Origin: Octopus vulgaris
Lineage: Eukaryota
Assembly: GCA_951406725.2 (NCBI GenBank)
Contig: OX597817.1
Coordinates: forward strand, 37,510,001-37,574,000
Reading direction: 5' to 3'
Length of the DNA stretch: 64,000 nucleotides
The position numbers were made by a program, and so were the translations under genes. Under the pieces are notes generated by a model. The model did no database searches. It was not told where the DNA came from and saw nothing but the letters and a program-made list of their open reading frames with translations. Of this stretch, positions 30,428-44,184 are shown piece after piece. How positions within the stretch are numbered: the first letter of the stretch is position 1; every line of letters begins with the position of its first letter.

Positions 30428-32579
30428 GTATGTTCATTTGTGTTTGTTATATTTTAGATTGTTAGTTTTATTCCTTTCTTCCTTTCTATTTTTATTTTTA
30501 TTTTTCTACTGTTGGCTGTCGTAAAACTAAAGTCGGGCTGCAGGCATGGATTTTGTGAAACTTAGTGTCAAAAACAAACATTAAACGTTTAGGTAGTCGA
30601 GACTGGCAAGCTCCAGACTGGATGAGTTTCGACAGCGCTCAGGAGTACCTTTTATATTCTCAGAGGAGTAAGTAAAAAAACATTGAGATGAGGAGGATTA
30701 AGAGGGAGGGGAAAGAGGGAGAGACAATGGAAACAAGAGTAAAGCTGATGATGTTAATGATATGAAAAAGAGAGCAGCAGCAGCAGAAGAAGAATAAGAA
30801 GAAGAGGCAGAGGAGGAAGGAGAAGTAGGCGTTGGCTGCAAAGGCGTTTTGTGTGGCCTCTCCTATTAATGCGGTTGAGTCGCAGCCGACTTCTCGATTA
30901 TACAAGGAAAAAACGAGTTAAAATTCGAGTCTAGCTTTTTTATATATATTTGTTAATGTTGTAATTTTTTGCTGTTCTTCTTCTTCTTCTTCTCTTGTTT
31001 TGCCAACAACATGTAGGTAAAATGGCCGAACAGACATGGCAGTATAGAATTAGCACCTTAAAACGCCCGATTCTAAATCTGCAAAACCTTTGATTTTCAG
31101 ACAGCTTAGTTTACCAATTCTTCCAGGATTATCAGTATTGTTAGACAGGGAGTTCAATACAGGAAATAAGCCTTTCCCCTCATTTGAGAAACTAGTAGGG
31201 TTTGAAATCAAGAAGTAGAGATATTCAACACTTTAACTATTTCTGCCAACACATTAAACTAACAAACTAAAACAGCATCCATCATCTCTACCAACACACT
31301 TTTCATTATCGTCGACTCTCTCACCGTCGTTTTTATCATCGTCATCGTCATCGTCTCATTATATTATAATCATCATCAACTACGTCATCATCAAAGGTAT
31401 CATCATTATCATCGTCGCCATTTTCGATATCATCGTCGTCGTCGTCGTTATGATCATAGAAATGCATGGTGGTGTTCCATACGTCAGATAGCATTTAAAG
31501 TTGTTTTATATTCGACAAGCTGACAGGTTTATAAAGCTACATGATATTTATATAGGGAACATTTTCCTCGTTGTTTGTTTACCCTTGGTTACTGACACCA
31601 TCATTAGTAATAAAGAGCTGGACAAAATCTCGTGCAAAAGGGAAAGTTATTATTTTTTTATTATATTATTTTTTTATTATATTATCTTTGCTGTGTTTGT
31701 TGTTTGTTTTCTTCCCTAGTTGATGGTTAACAGATATTGAAGTTCTGTGTTTGCTGTGCTTCGTTTTTTTTTTAATTACTTCTAAATGGAAAATATTACA
31801 GCTTCTTGCTATATGCATGCTTACATACATACATACATGCAGATATATGCGACAAACTGACAAAGACAGACAGACAGACACATACATACATACATAATAT
31901 AAATTCTTCATCTCAGAAATATAGAATTATATCTATGTATACTGTTAATATTAGCTGAACTGGTGTTCTCATCTTGATTGTTGCTTTCATACGTTTTAGC
32001 TGTTGTACGCTGCGTAAGCATAGCGTAGTCGATATAGATAGGAATTAATGTAACGCACTCACCTAGAGATTCTGAGTTCAATCTTCACTAAGGTAAACTC
32101 AAAATATTAATTGAAGCGAAAAATGTCACGAAATGTGGAGAGTTTAATAAAAACAGTGTACCATCGTGGATCAAATAAAGGGTTAGGTTCGAAATTCGAT
32201 ACAACAACTGAGTTCGACTCAAAACACCTAAAAAAGGTTGAAGCATACAATAGTCGAAACGTTGTATGAGGACACCAGTCTGATTAATATAAAAAATATA
32301 CACACAGACAGATAGATATGATTTCGCTTAGGCATAGCGATACTAGTAATCACTTATTAGAACTCAACATGCTTATGCGTTACAGTAAAATATTAGGTGA
32401 ATACAGAATGTAAAATACATTATTCAATGAGAAAAGAACAGGGGTTACGTTAGCTTATAGTCACGCCTGCTTCAGGATGTAGTGTACTCAAAGCTATTTT
32501 GTCATTCATTACTCGATATGTGTGTGGGGGTGGGGGATACTTACACTTAGATACAATAACCGATCAGCAAAAGTTCGCT

Positions 32580-32620
32580 TCATTCTGATGATCGATTATG
32601 TGAAACTCTGAGTAACATTT
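32580..32620 (+). ncRNA. Hammerhead relic
   Basis: CTGATGA-TCGATTATGT-GAAA-CTC T GAG-TA. Core and palindromic stem III intact, stems I and II decayed. Confidence 0.45.
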
Positions 32621-33383
32621 TTGTGAAGTTTTACAACTTCAATAAAACACTATATTTTACTCCACCTCAGATAGATGAGTAATACTTTTCTCCATGTTTT
32701 ACACACTCACACATACACACGTATATATGTATATATATGGGTCAAAACAGTTTAATTCAAATTTGTATTTATTAGTATTTATTAGCATCAGACACCTGGA
32801 TCAATTGAATTGATACAGAACCTGGTAAATAATCGATTCAATCTTCATTTTGACACATGTAGTTTAATAGCTTGGACTTAAGTATTGGACAGGACCGGGG
32901 TATGACACTGGTAATGTATTGTAAGCATTCCCAACAAGGAAATAGAAATATCCAAAATAAATACGTTGTTATATCCACTATGATGAAATCGAACCCAAAT
33001 ACAAATGCTAGAATTTTAAACCTCCTAGTAACTGGTCCTGTCGTTTGTAATTTTTATTTCGTTTCATTTTGTTTTAACTTCTAGATCAATCCCACACTGG
33101 GGAATGAACGCTAAACAATTGATAGCTTTAATGTATATATTTCTTCATATATTCATTATTTGGTGGCGATAATGATAACACTGGTGATGATGACAGCAGT
33201 ACTGGTGGTGGTCGTGCTGGTAGTGAAACGGGAATGATAGATAATTTTTGTATGTTTTTCTAAATAGACAGATTGATCGATTGGCTGGCATAATTATCTA
33301 TTTATTCTTATTTATTTATTTATTTATGAGATAAATAGATGAATATTGTATTTTAGCATTTCCCCTATTCGCTTAGAGAGCAA

Positions 33384-33432
<49 letters not shown>

Positions 33433-33498
33433 CATGGCTATGCATATAAGTTATAATTTGGTATTTCCACATCGGTATAGGCTTACGTTTTGCATATG

Positions 33499-33557
<59 letters not shown>

Positions 33558-33638
33558 ATTTCTCTTTGCTCTACACACGCGCGCATATACACAAACACAT
33601 ACACACAAACTCATATTTATGCGTCTGTACTTTGCGTG

Positions 33639-33693
<55 letters not shown>

Positions 33694-34091
33694 CAGCTTT
33701 TCGTGATTATACCTATATATTTTTTATGTATAGAACTCTTTTCTAATAGACATGCGCAATACATAGTTTTCTGTTGAGAGGAAAGGATTAAGATGGTGGC
33801 GAGATAAGAGATAAAAAGGAGTGAAAATGAAGGAGAAAAATCGATGGAATCAATACCATACCTTTTGTTAGAGAGAGAAAAAAAACACCAAGTATACAAA
33901 TATACGGTTCTGACACAAATAATGGATACTTATCTCTCTGACTGTCAGCTTCTGTCTATAATACGTTAGCAATTTCAATGTCCACTGTTTTTGACAAATA
34001 CGACCTTAAGAGGTACAAAAGCTAATACCAACCAAAACTAAGTTGTCAATATACGAAATATCCAGTTTTAGTTTTAAAGCATTGTTTTTCG

Positions 34092-34106
34092 TATTATTAT
34101 TATTAC

Positions 34107-34151
<45 letters not shown>

Positions 34152-34162
34152 CATTATTATTA

Positions 34163-34203
<41 letters not shown>

Positions 34204-34213
34204 GTTATTATCA

Positions 34214-34278
<65 letters not shown>

Positions 34279-34573
34279 TTCCATTGTGTTTGGAAAGATA
34301 TATTTCCTGGTTATAGAGAGAACTGTTTCGCCTTGTATTATTATATATTATATGGAATATTTGACAAAGTTGGTTCTCTTTTTCTTCGTTTTCTTTATTA
34401 TATTTGCTTCTGGAGCTTTTGTTTTGGGGGGTTGCTTTTCTTTTTTCATTTTAGTTATTTTGTGCTTTTTTTTGTTTTACTTTATTTTTAGCTTTTGTAT
34501 TTATGTAACTTTTTTTAAAATTCTTTCTAAAACATCAACGCATTATTAAAAACACAGTAATGATGATGAAGAC

Positions 34574-34657
<84 letters not shown>
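34092..34657. repeat. Opposed (TTA)n and (TAA)n tracts
   Basis: (TTA)n 34092-34278 and (TAA)n 34575-34657. Confidence 0.9.
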
Positions 34658-34658
<1 letters not shown>

Positions 34659-35254
34659 GAAAAATATATCAGTAAAGTGCGATACTAATAATAATGATAA
34701 TTACTAATACAAAAATGATGTTGTATATGTAGAGAGAAATAACTAGATATAATGTTCTTTTCCCATCAGAAATTATTATAGATTGATAGATTGATTTTGG
34801 ATAATAGATTACGTATAGATCTCCTCCCTTCTTCTTCCTTCTCATCTCCGTCTTCACCATCTTCACCAATTTCGAGCAACCGCTAAGGTTTGGTTTTGTT
34901 TTTGCGTCTTTTCTTTATGCTAAGTAGAAGCTATTGTTGCTGTATGGTTTAGTTTACGAATGGGTTCAATATACTTTAGAGTTCATGTTGAAAATAACGA
35001 AACAAATAAATAGCTTTTATAGATTTTGTTTAGTGAAATGCAGTTTTGGAAAAAGTAAAGTTTACTTTGAAAATGCTTTGTTGTTAGTACAGAAAAGTTT
35101 AGAGCAAAGAAGAGATACCCAAGCATTTTATTGTTGATCCGCCGCCCACTTGGCGTTATTTATCATCCCAGAGACCCACCCCCCATCATGCTATAGAAAT
35201 GAACTGAAAAGTTAATCACAGAATACTATAGAAGCCTATGGAGAAAAAGGAGGA

Positions 35255-35285
<31 letters not shown>

Positions 35286-35989
35286 TGAGAGAGAAATAGA
35301 GAGTATGACGTTGAGAACGTAAGAGAGTGTGTACAAAAGAGAAAGATAGTAAGAGAGAGAGAGAGCTTGCGTGTGACAGGGAGTAGATATGAGAAACAGA
35401 AAGTATGTATGTGGTGATTGGAAGATTTATGTATGAAAGAGAATGTATACGAGAGAAAGAGAGAGAGCTTGTATTTGTGATAAAAATGGCGTATGAGACA
35501 TAAAGTGTGTGTGTAAGAGTGAGAGAAAGAGAGAGTGTGTGTGTGAGAGAGAGAGCATATAAGAGAAAGAGTATGTGTAGAAGAGAAAATGCATATATGC
35601 GTGAGAGAGAGAGAGAGAGAAAGTCTATGAGAGAAAGAGAGTGAACATACGTGTGAGACAGAATCTAAATGTGAGAGTATGTGTGAGAGACAGTGTCTAT
35701 GGGAAAGGGAAAATATGTGTGTGAAGAAGGAGAAAATATGTATGGAAGATAGAGAGAAAAATATGCATGACAGTGTTTGTGTGTGATAGTATGTGTGTTA
35801 GTGAGTTTTATGTGAAAGAGAAGAAGAAGAAGACTAATAAAGGAATATGTTAGAAAATGCGTAGAAACTGGAGAGCAATATTAACAAGAAATTTCAAAAG
35901 AGTATGAATGGACCGGATGTCTGCTTATGAATGCTTTCTTCCTTCACAATCTCCCTTTAATCAATCGTAGAGCTTTTGTAAAGAAAGGC

Positions 35990-36215
35990 AACAGCAACCT
36001 CTATTCTACAGACATTCTATATTCTTACCATCTTTTCTACTTCTACTCGCCAGAGCTGACAAATCTCTTACCACTTCAACTCAAAGATCACAGATACTTG
36101 TCTCTCCTTCTTCTCTATTTCCCCATGTTATATCCAACCATTCCAGGCTCGCTCGTACAAGCAATGTTTTCCACATCGTTCTTCCTCAGAACTACAGCCT
36201 GAATAATTGCTGGGC
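35990..36215 (+). mobile_element. Old CR1/L2-group LINE C-terminal remnant
   Basis: LFY..YSPELTNLLP...FSTSFFLRTTA, resembling the SFFPRT..LWN motif. Confidence 0.45.
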
Positions 36216-36675
36216 CATATACTGTACGCTTTATATAAGCGTATCCGAATATTGTACTTTCCGTGTATGAAAGTACGGTACTCTTTATATAAGCGTGTCC
36301 GAATATTGTGCTTTTCAAATATGAGAGTCACTCCCCCATAATTTCTGTATTCATTATATATAGAGAGAAAAAGAGACAGACAAAGGGGAGTGAAAGAGAG
36401 AGGATGTTTTCAGCACGAAAGTAGGTGATGTGAAATAAATAATATTAAGGGGAAATCTTGATGTGAATAGCGATATTAATAATGGCTGGTAATATATTGT
36501 ATCAAAAACGCTTCCGGAAAACAGAAGGTGGAATGCGACCTGCGGGAAACGACACCGCTTTTTCTATGCAGAAGTTTTCAACCTTATTTTCTCCACTAAC
36601 CAATACAATATTGTGTTCTATTACCTAAAGCTAATTCATCTATTTAGAGAAGTCACCCTGTGTACATATGCATGA

Positions 36676-36726
<51 letters not shown>

Positions 36727-36769
36727 TGTATATATACGTATATATGTACATATGGAGGATATGTATATG

Positions 36770-36824
<55 letters not shown>

Positions 36825-36957
36825 TGGATATATAGATATATATGCATGCATATAGATGGATAGATAGATATATAGATATATATGCATGCATATATACGTA
36901 TACATATACACATATATATATATATATGCATGTATATATATATACATATATATATGC

Positions 36958-37005
<48 letters not shown>

Positions 37006-37619
37006 TCAAACACACGCAAATGCGGTTTGATTTATTTATTGTGATTTTCTATCAATTAGTTTGAATATATATATTGCATATCAAACATGATTATAGTGAT
37101 TTCAATGTCAGTCACATGTCTACTACAGAATTTACGTTGCCATGCCAACTAAATCTTCTTTTCTTTTGATTTCAACTGAAGCGTGAAAACAGTGGAAACA
37201 TTGGATGTATTGTCTCTCTTGCCTTCTGGCTATATGTCAGTGCATCATGTTTAGTATGAGGACGATATTGTTGGAGTTGGTGTTGCTGTCGTTTCTGGCA
37301 ATGATGATGTTATTGAAAGGAAGAGGGGACGACAACGACTACGGCGACACTAGTGAGGTGAAAAATGAATAATGATATTAGTAGTATAAAAAGAAAATAT
37401 GAACAAAATGTTTGTGCATGGAGTGAATGTTAGTTTTACTGTTCTATGTGAAAGAATAGGTTTTTCTCTCTCGTGGCACAATGTGGAAATGGGTAAGGTG
37501 TTAGATTTGGGCTGTCGTTTCTGTTTCCTCAATGTGTTTGTTCTTGTTACTTGTTGCTTCCCCTCTCTCTATACAGTGCTTATCGACAACGTGTATATAT
37601 GTGTGTGTATACATATATG

Positions 37620-37729
<110 letters not shown>

Positions 37730-37786
37730 TATATATATAATGTGTGTGTATATATATATGTACATACATGTGTGTGTGCATATATA

Positions 37787-38025
37787 TATTGTGAAGCATG
37801 ACTGTCACCACTACTACATGAACCTGAAGATTGCAGAATTTAATGCATGAAAGTACTAGTTCAATCGGAATGAACATTTAGCATTCTATTATTTTATTTT
37901 ATTTTATTTTATTATATTATGTTATCTTATATCATTATAAGATTGTAAATAAAACGTGAAAATCAGACAAGGTTGGAATTCCTTTTATTAATATATTCTT
38001 CTATACACAATCACACACCACCGTA
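37787..38025. repeat. Unclassified dispersed repeat, inverted copy at 53583-53810
   Basis: ctgtcaccactactacatgaacctgaa and flanks are the reverse complement of about 53583-53810. Confidence 0.85.
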
Positions 38026-38031
38026 TATATA

Positions 38032-38074
<43 letters not shown>

Positions 38075-38103
38075 TGTGTATATATATATATATAGTGTAT
38101 GTG

Positions 38104-38197
38104 TATATATATATATGTGTGTGTGTGTGTATATATATATATATGTATATATTTATGTATGTATATATCTATGTATATATATATGTATGTATATATG

Positions 38198-38237
<40 letters not shown>

Positions 38238-38282
38238 CATATATACATACATATATATATACATAGATATATACATACATAA

Positions 38283-38340
<58 letters not shown>
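38104..38340. repeat. Palindrome of mixed microsatellite centred on (AT)n
   Basis: Interruption pattern (atttatgtatgtatatatctatg) is mirrored across about 38215. Confidence 0.8.
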
Positions 38341-38341
<1 letters not shown>

Positions 38342-38623
38342 ATAAATAAATAAAACATATGCATATATACATACATATATGTACGTACCTACCTCTACAT
38401 GTATATATACATGCATATATATACATATATATACATGCATACAGGACACCAAAAAAACGTCGAACACAATGAGAAACGAAAACATAAACACAAAACCAAG
38501 GAAATGGACATTTTTCTTAAACAACGAAAAAATAGAGTACAGGACAAATAACACAAGGAAAATTCCCCTTCTTCAGTCGCCTTTGTTTCATCTACTCCAC
38601 GTTTCGAAGGTCATATATATATG

Positions 38624-38947
38624 ATAATAAGGGTTTTTTTGCAACAAGTTGCTTAAACCACATACCGAAAATATTAGAAATAGCAGTCAAAGGGCTACTA
38701 TTTCTTTTACTACAATTCTAATCCAGAAATGAACTTTACTATTCTAATCCAGAAACGTGCGTCCATAATTAATCCGTAGACTGTGTGGTTTCGTTGTTTT
38801 TCTTCTTCTTTTACCATATGTGAGTTACAAATGCTGTTGTTTGTGGAGACTTATTTTTGTAGTAAAAGAAATAGTAGCCCTTTGACTGCTATTTCTAATA
38901 TTTTCGGTATGTGGTTTAAGCAACTTGTTGCAAAAAACCCTTATTAT
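38624..38947. repeat. Inverted repeat (about 91-bp arms)
   Basis: 38624-38715 versus 38857-38947. The spacer contains GAAACGTGCGTC, resembling a hammerhead 3' half. Related sequence at about 54872-54940. Confidence 0.9.
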
Positions 38948-39064
38948 TATAATTATATAAATTTTTACCGAATATGGTCCTTTTCCATACCGAAATACTT
39001 CTAGGTGAAATTTATTGATTTTATTAAATTAATTATACTTCACCCTTTATCTGTATATATATAT

Positions 39065-39434
39065 AGTAACACCCCCACCACCCTGCCCTGTCCCTAGCCA
39101 TATTCAGATGGCTTTAGTCCTATGTTATCGAGCAGTTACTGTCTATATCCCTTTTAGAGAATTATTATTGCTTTCGAACAGATTTTCGAAATCAGCAAAT
39201 GTATTTTGCTTGAAAATCTATATAAGAAATCCTGCATAGTGAGAATTCGTCGAGGAAGCGGAGGCCTACCACACGCCGATGATAGGCAATACACCTTGAA
39301 ACCATGGTCCGTGTGTGGTTTCCGCTTCATCGGGGAATTACCTCCCTTTGCAGGTTTAGGGCACCGTGACGGTGTCGAGCCTTTCTGGTGACGTCGATGT
39401 TCGCCTGGGGCTAAATGCAACAGTAACACCCCCA
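39065..39434 (+). mobile_element. Short non-coding hammerhead element (retrozyme/Penelope-like), 357-nt unit
   Basis: 13-nt direct repeat AGTAACACCCCCA at both ends, with an internal hammerhead. Homologous to 12003-12440 in permuted order. Confidence 0.6.
39270..39315 (+). ncRNA. Type I hammerhead ribozyme with one core substitution (U4C)
   Basis: CACACG-CCGATGA-TAGG CAATACA CCTT-GAAA-CCATGG-TC-CGTGTG. GUC cleavage triplet, palindromic stem III, 6-bp stem I. Confidence 0.75.
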
Positions 39435-39490
39435 GCATGGCCACAGCTCAAGAGCTGAAACTGGAAAAACAAAAAAACAAATATATTATA

Positions 39491-39576
<86 letters not shown>

Positions 39577-39577
39577 G

Positions 39578-39788
39578 AGGCGCAATGGCCTAGTGGTTAG
39601 GGCAGCGGACTCGCGGTCGCAGGATCGCGGTTTCGATTCTCAGACCGGGCGTTGTGTGTGTTTATTGAGCGAAAACACCTAAAAGCTCTACGAGGCTCCG
39701 GCAGGGGGTGGTGATCCCTGCTGTACTCTTTCACCACAATGGCGGTGCCCCAGCATGGCCACAGCTCAAGAGCTGAAACTGGAAAAAC

Positions 39789-39802
<14 letters not shown>
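39578..39802 (+). mobile_element. SINE family C (tRNA head, CR1-type tail)
   Basis: GGCGCAATGGCCTAGTGGTTAG...GGTTTCGATTC head and GGTGCCCCAGCATGGCC tail. Confidence 0.85.
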
Positions 39803-39839
<37 letters not shown>

Positions 39840-39867
39840 TGTATAAATACATATATATATATAACTA

Positions 39868-40080
39868 GCAAAGTTCCAATCAAGCTAAAGGAAGATAAAA
39901 TATACCTTATTCATAAAGGAGGTAGCAGAGCAGAGACCAAAAACTACAGACCTATCTCTTTGACCTCGCACATCAGCAAAGTCGTGGAGCGAATAGTCAG
40001 AAGAAAATTAATGACTTCCTTGAGGAAAATTACTTGCTGACTGACACCCAACAGGGTTTCCGACCAGGAAGAAGCTGCCT
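39868..40080 (+). mobile_element. CR1-group LINE reverse transcriptase fragment
   Basis: IHKGGSRAETKNYRPISLTSHISKVVERIVRRKL / FLEENYLLTDTQQGFRPGRSCL, one frameshift. Confidence 0.85.
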
Positions 40081-40098
40081 GTTTATTTTCTCGTGTTC

Positions 40099-40133
40099 CT
40101 TTCTGTTGAAGTGCGTAGGCTCGAAACGCAAAG
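40099..40133 (+). ncRNA. Minimal Penelope-type hammerhead relic
   Basis: CTTT-CTGTTGA-A-GTGC GTAG GCTC-GAAA-CGC-AAAG. Same family as 5780. Confidence 0.5.
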
Positions 40134-40180
40134 ACTTTCTCACCTTCCCGAGCGTTAAACTAATACACCTGTTTATTGTG

Positions 40181-40282
40181 TACACACCTGTCTTCGTCTT
40201 TTGTATTTTGTAAATTCCAGTTATATGTATATATGTGCATACATATATATATGCGTGTATATATGTGTGTATGTATATATGC

Positions 40283-40342
<60 letters not shown>

Positions 40343-40657
40343 AGTGAGACAGAGAACTAGTTAGACAGCTGGATAGATAATACAATTAAATGTATATAGA
40401 GAGATAGGTAGAGATATTTGAGTATATACGTAAGCATATATACATATGCACACACAACACACACATATATATATATATATATATGTGTGTGTGTATGTGT
40501 GTGTGCTTATATATATATATAGATTAATCAGCCGAAATTACTACGATGATCCGGTTCTTGACTGAAGACTGAGGGTTTCGAATGTCCTGTCCGTGTTTAT
40601 TGTGTCGTCTTCTAAGAGTTATACGTTCTTGTCCATGTTGTATTTTTTCTACATACC

Positions 40658-40711
<54 letters not shown>

Positions 40712-40827
40712 CTTGTGTGTGCATATGTATATATGCTTACGTATATACTCAAATATCTCTACCTATCTCTCTATATACATTTAATTGTATTATCTATCCA
40801 GCTGTCTAACTAGTTCTCTGTCTCACT

Positions 40828-40873
<46 letters not shown>

Positions 40874-40958
40874 GCATATATACATACACACATATATACA
40901 CGCATATAGAGAGATAGGTAGAGATATTTGAGTATATACGTAAGCATATATACATATG

Positions 40959-41018
<60 letters not shown>

Positions 41019-41257
41019 CTTGTGTGTGCATATGTATATATGCTTACGTATATACTCAAATATCTCTACCTATCTCTCTATATACATTTAATTGTATTAT
41101 CTATCCAGCTGTCTAACTAGTTCTCTGTCTCACTCCATATATATATATATATATATATATACGCATATATACATACACACATATATACACGCATATATAT
41201 ATGTATGCACATATATACATATAACTGGAATTTACAAAATACAAAAGACGAAGACAG

Positions 41258-41264
<7 letters not shown>
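40181..41264. repeat. Complex nested inverted duplication
   Basis: Block 40181-40460 recurs inverted at about 40710-40905 and 41020-41264, and forward in part at about 40905-40965. Confidence 0.9.
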
Positions 41265-41288
<24 letters not shown>

Positions 41289-41570
41289 GCGCGAAGGAAA
41301 CAAGGGAAAGATGGAGAAGATGAGAGCCTGTAGCAGGTAAACGAAAACTCGAAAAGTGACTCACGAAATGTCAGCACTCAAAAATTAACAATATGAGTAG
41401 CACAGAATGAATTTAACACCGTGAAAAGGAAAAGGAAAAGTAATAGAGGGGGACTGATGTTTCGAGTTAACCCTTGATCAAATTAGAGTTTGAAGTAAGA
41501 TAATAGAAACGATACTATTCGAAGAGTGTGTGCATCATTGTGCTACATGCTGTAGAGTGTATATTTGTGT

Positions 41571-41624
<54 letters not shown>

Positions 41625-41920
41625 ACGTGTGTCAGTATTGTGTGGATATGCAGTTTATGCGTTGGTACTATGCGTAATCCGCAGCACCCCTTAAAGCTAT
41701 CAGGCTCTTGGACCATTTTTAACAGAATTTATTATTTTACATAGTAGACATCAGGCTCCCATTCCTACATTTTTTCCGTGGCAGACATCGACGAGCTCTT
41801 TAGGCTAGAGACATTAACTACGACAATATGAAGTCTGCAGTGGCCTACAAAGGACATGGGTAGTTGATCACCTGCTCTACCACATAATACATTTTTTGTA
41901 TCTATTATCATTGCGAACGT

Positions 41921-42555
41921 ATTAAACTAGAAAACGGTGAACTAGAGGATGTAGCCGAGTTTACATATTTAGGTAGTAAAATAACGTTTTCAGGCGGCAC
42001 CGACGACGATATTAAGACGAGAATAAGTAAGACAAGGACTGCTTTTCACCTGTTAAAGAAAGTATGGCGTGCAAGTGTAATTTCAATAAAGAACAAAATA
42101 AGAATTTTTAACACTAACGTAAAAGCGGTGTTATTGTATGGAGCTGGGACATAGCGAACAACAGTTAAGTCAAATAAGCAAATACAAATCATTCATCAAC
42201 AGATGCTTGCGTAGTATACTTAAAATTAGATGGACCGAACACATAAGCAATATGGAGCCATGGCAAAGAACAAATCAAGTTTTGATTAGGGAGTAAATAT
42301 TTAAGAAAAAGTGGAAGTGGATTGGTAGCACAATTAGAAAAGACACCAAATGTAGCGAAAAGTGCTTTACAGTGGAAACCGGATGGATATAGAAAGAGAG
42401 GTAGGCCTAAGAACTCGTGACGTAGATCAACACAAAAGGAACTAGAGAAAGGGGGGCATTCATGGCAGAGTATAAGTACAGAAGCCAAAAATTATGCGAC
42501 ATGGAATTCAATTATAAGTGGCCTATACTCCGCGTTGGAGGGTTAAAGGCAGAAA
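41921..42555 (+). mobile_element. 5'-truncated RTE-clade LINE remnant
   Basis: IKLENGELEDVAEFTYLGSKI...DIKTRISKTRTAF..LKKVW...KIRIFNTNVKAVLLYGA...FINRCLRSILKIRW, with stops and frameshifts. Confidence 0.9.
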
Positions 42556-43100
42556 AAAAATCATTGCTGCTGTTGTTAGGTCAACTGTCACCAGGCACAC
42601 ATATGATCAAATACATTCCAGTTGAGACCAACACGTCTTTTTTCAGGCATGATATATCTAGGATAACATTAAACAATGTGCGCTAACTTTGAAAGACAGA
42701 CTGTAAAGAATATATAAGTGGTTACTTGTCAGTGAGACTTGCCTGCTATTTCCAGCACACTGATAAGCCACGTGCGGGTTCTTTCATTGGCCTGTCGTGC
42801 ATATAATGCCGCACCGATGTACTATGTTGTTAGTTCATATTACATTGATATAACTATGTATTACACTATAATACTGCGGCATGTTTCCGTGACGTGCAGG
42901 TGAAAAATGTCAGGTTTATTACCTTCGTCGATGCTGTACAGAGACAGTTTTAATTCAATTAATATCAGTGAATGTGATCAGTTGGAAAACTTATCTGACG
43001 CCATCTTGCGGTTCAACTCTAGAATGGTTAAACAAAGATTTTAAATCAATTATAAGCACGAGAGAGTCATGTTCCAAGATATTTTAAATAATTACCAATT

Positions 43101-43139
<39 letters not shown>

Positions 43140-43211
43140 ACAATCTCTCTCTCTATATATATATATACATATATATGTGTATACATATATATGTGTATAC
43201 ATATGTATGTG

Positions 43212-43336
<125 letters not shown>

Positions 43337-43578
43337 TTGTTTATTCATTCATTTAGCTTGTTAGTTAGTTAGTCAGTCAGTCAGTTAGTTAGTTAGTTAG
43401 TTAGTTAATTAGCTTAACTACTTGTTCAACTTCTTGGTCGACTTCTTATACTCAACGCTGTGATTGGCGATAGACAAGTCAGACACATTTTAACTAATAC
43501 AACTAGTCCACAACAAAGAATGTCTTTAAATCTTCGTAGAACTCTCGCACTCTCAATTTCTCTATATTTGTCCATTAC

Positions 43579-43634
<56 letters not shown>

Positions 43635-43797
43635 CAATTATCTTTCATTTTCTCCATCTTCGTTTCATTCCTGTATCATTTTCATTTTTATCAACCACTT
43701 TCAGTCGATCTATCAATCTCTATTTGAAAATTTGGCGCCAAGTAGAGCATCTGGTCGTAAATTTGGTCTTATATGTGTGTGTGTGCGTGATCATGAT

Positions 43798-44030
43798 CTT
43801 CATCATCGTTTAACGTCTACTTTTCCATGGCTCGCATAGGTCGAACAGAACTTACTGAGATGAATTTTCTACGACCGGACGCTCTTTCTGTCGTCAACCT
43901 TCGCTCATTTCCAACTAAGGCGATATTTACCCATAACCAGACATGACTCGGAAGATCAAAAACAAAGGACAGGCATGCATGGCCGTGACACTTCATTTCA
44001 CGTTGCTTGACTCGATCTAGTTGAAGATGT
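43798..44030 (-). mobile_element. SINE/LINE fragment with RTE-type (GAT)n tail
   Basis: Minus strand GGTTGACGACAGAAAGAGCGTCCGGTCGTAGAAAA ... GACGTTAAACGATGATGA. Confidence 0.55.
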
Positions 44031-44184
44031 GAAGCATCCCACTGCTGGAGCCGCTATCACTCCATTTGCAGTAGCCTCTCTCCCTCTCTCATTTTCTCCG
44101 CCCCACCTCCGCCTTCTATCTCTCTCTCGCTCGCTCTTTCCTACTGTCAGTGTCATATTGTAAATGTTAAGTTGGATCAAGGAT

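Noticed and set aside
34043-34549. Hydrophobic poly-Leu 'membrane protein' ORF (also 47825, 63794)
   Set aside because: Derived from (TTA)n and T-rich low-complexity sequence.
36220-36328. Two-copy 54-bp tandem duplication
   Set aside because: A diverged local duplication with no further structure, unrelated to the 54-bp minisatellite.
39578-39650. tRNA-like sequences (also 44797, 58486, 20520-20596)
   Set aside because: They continue into shared SINE bodies and lack a proper acceptor stem, so they are SINE heads.
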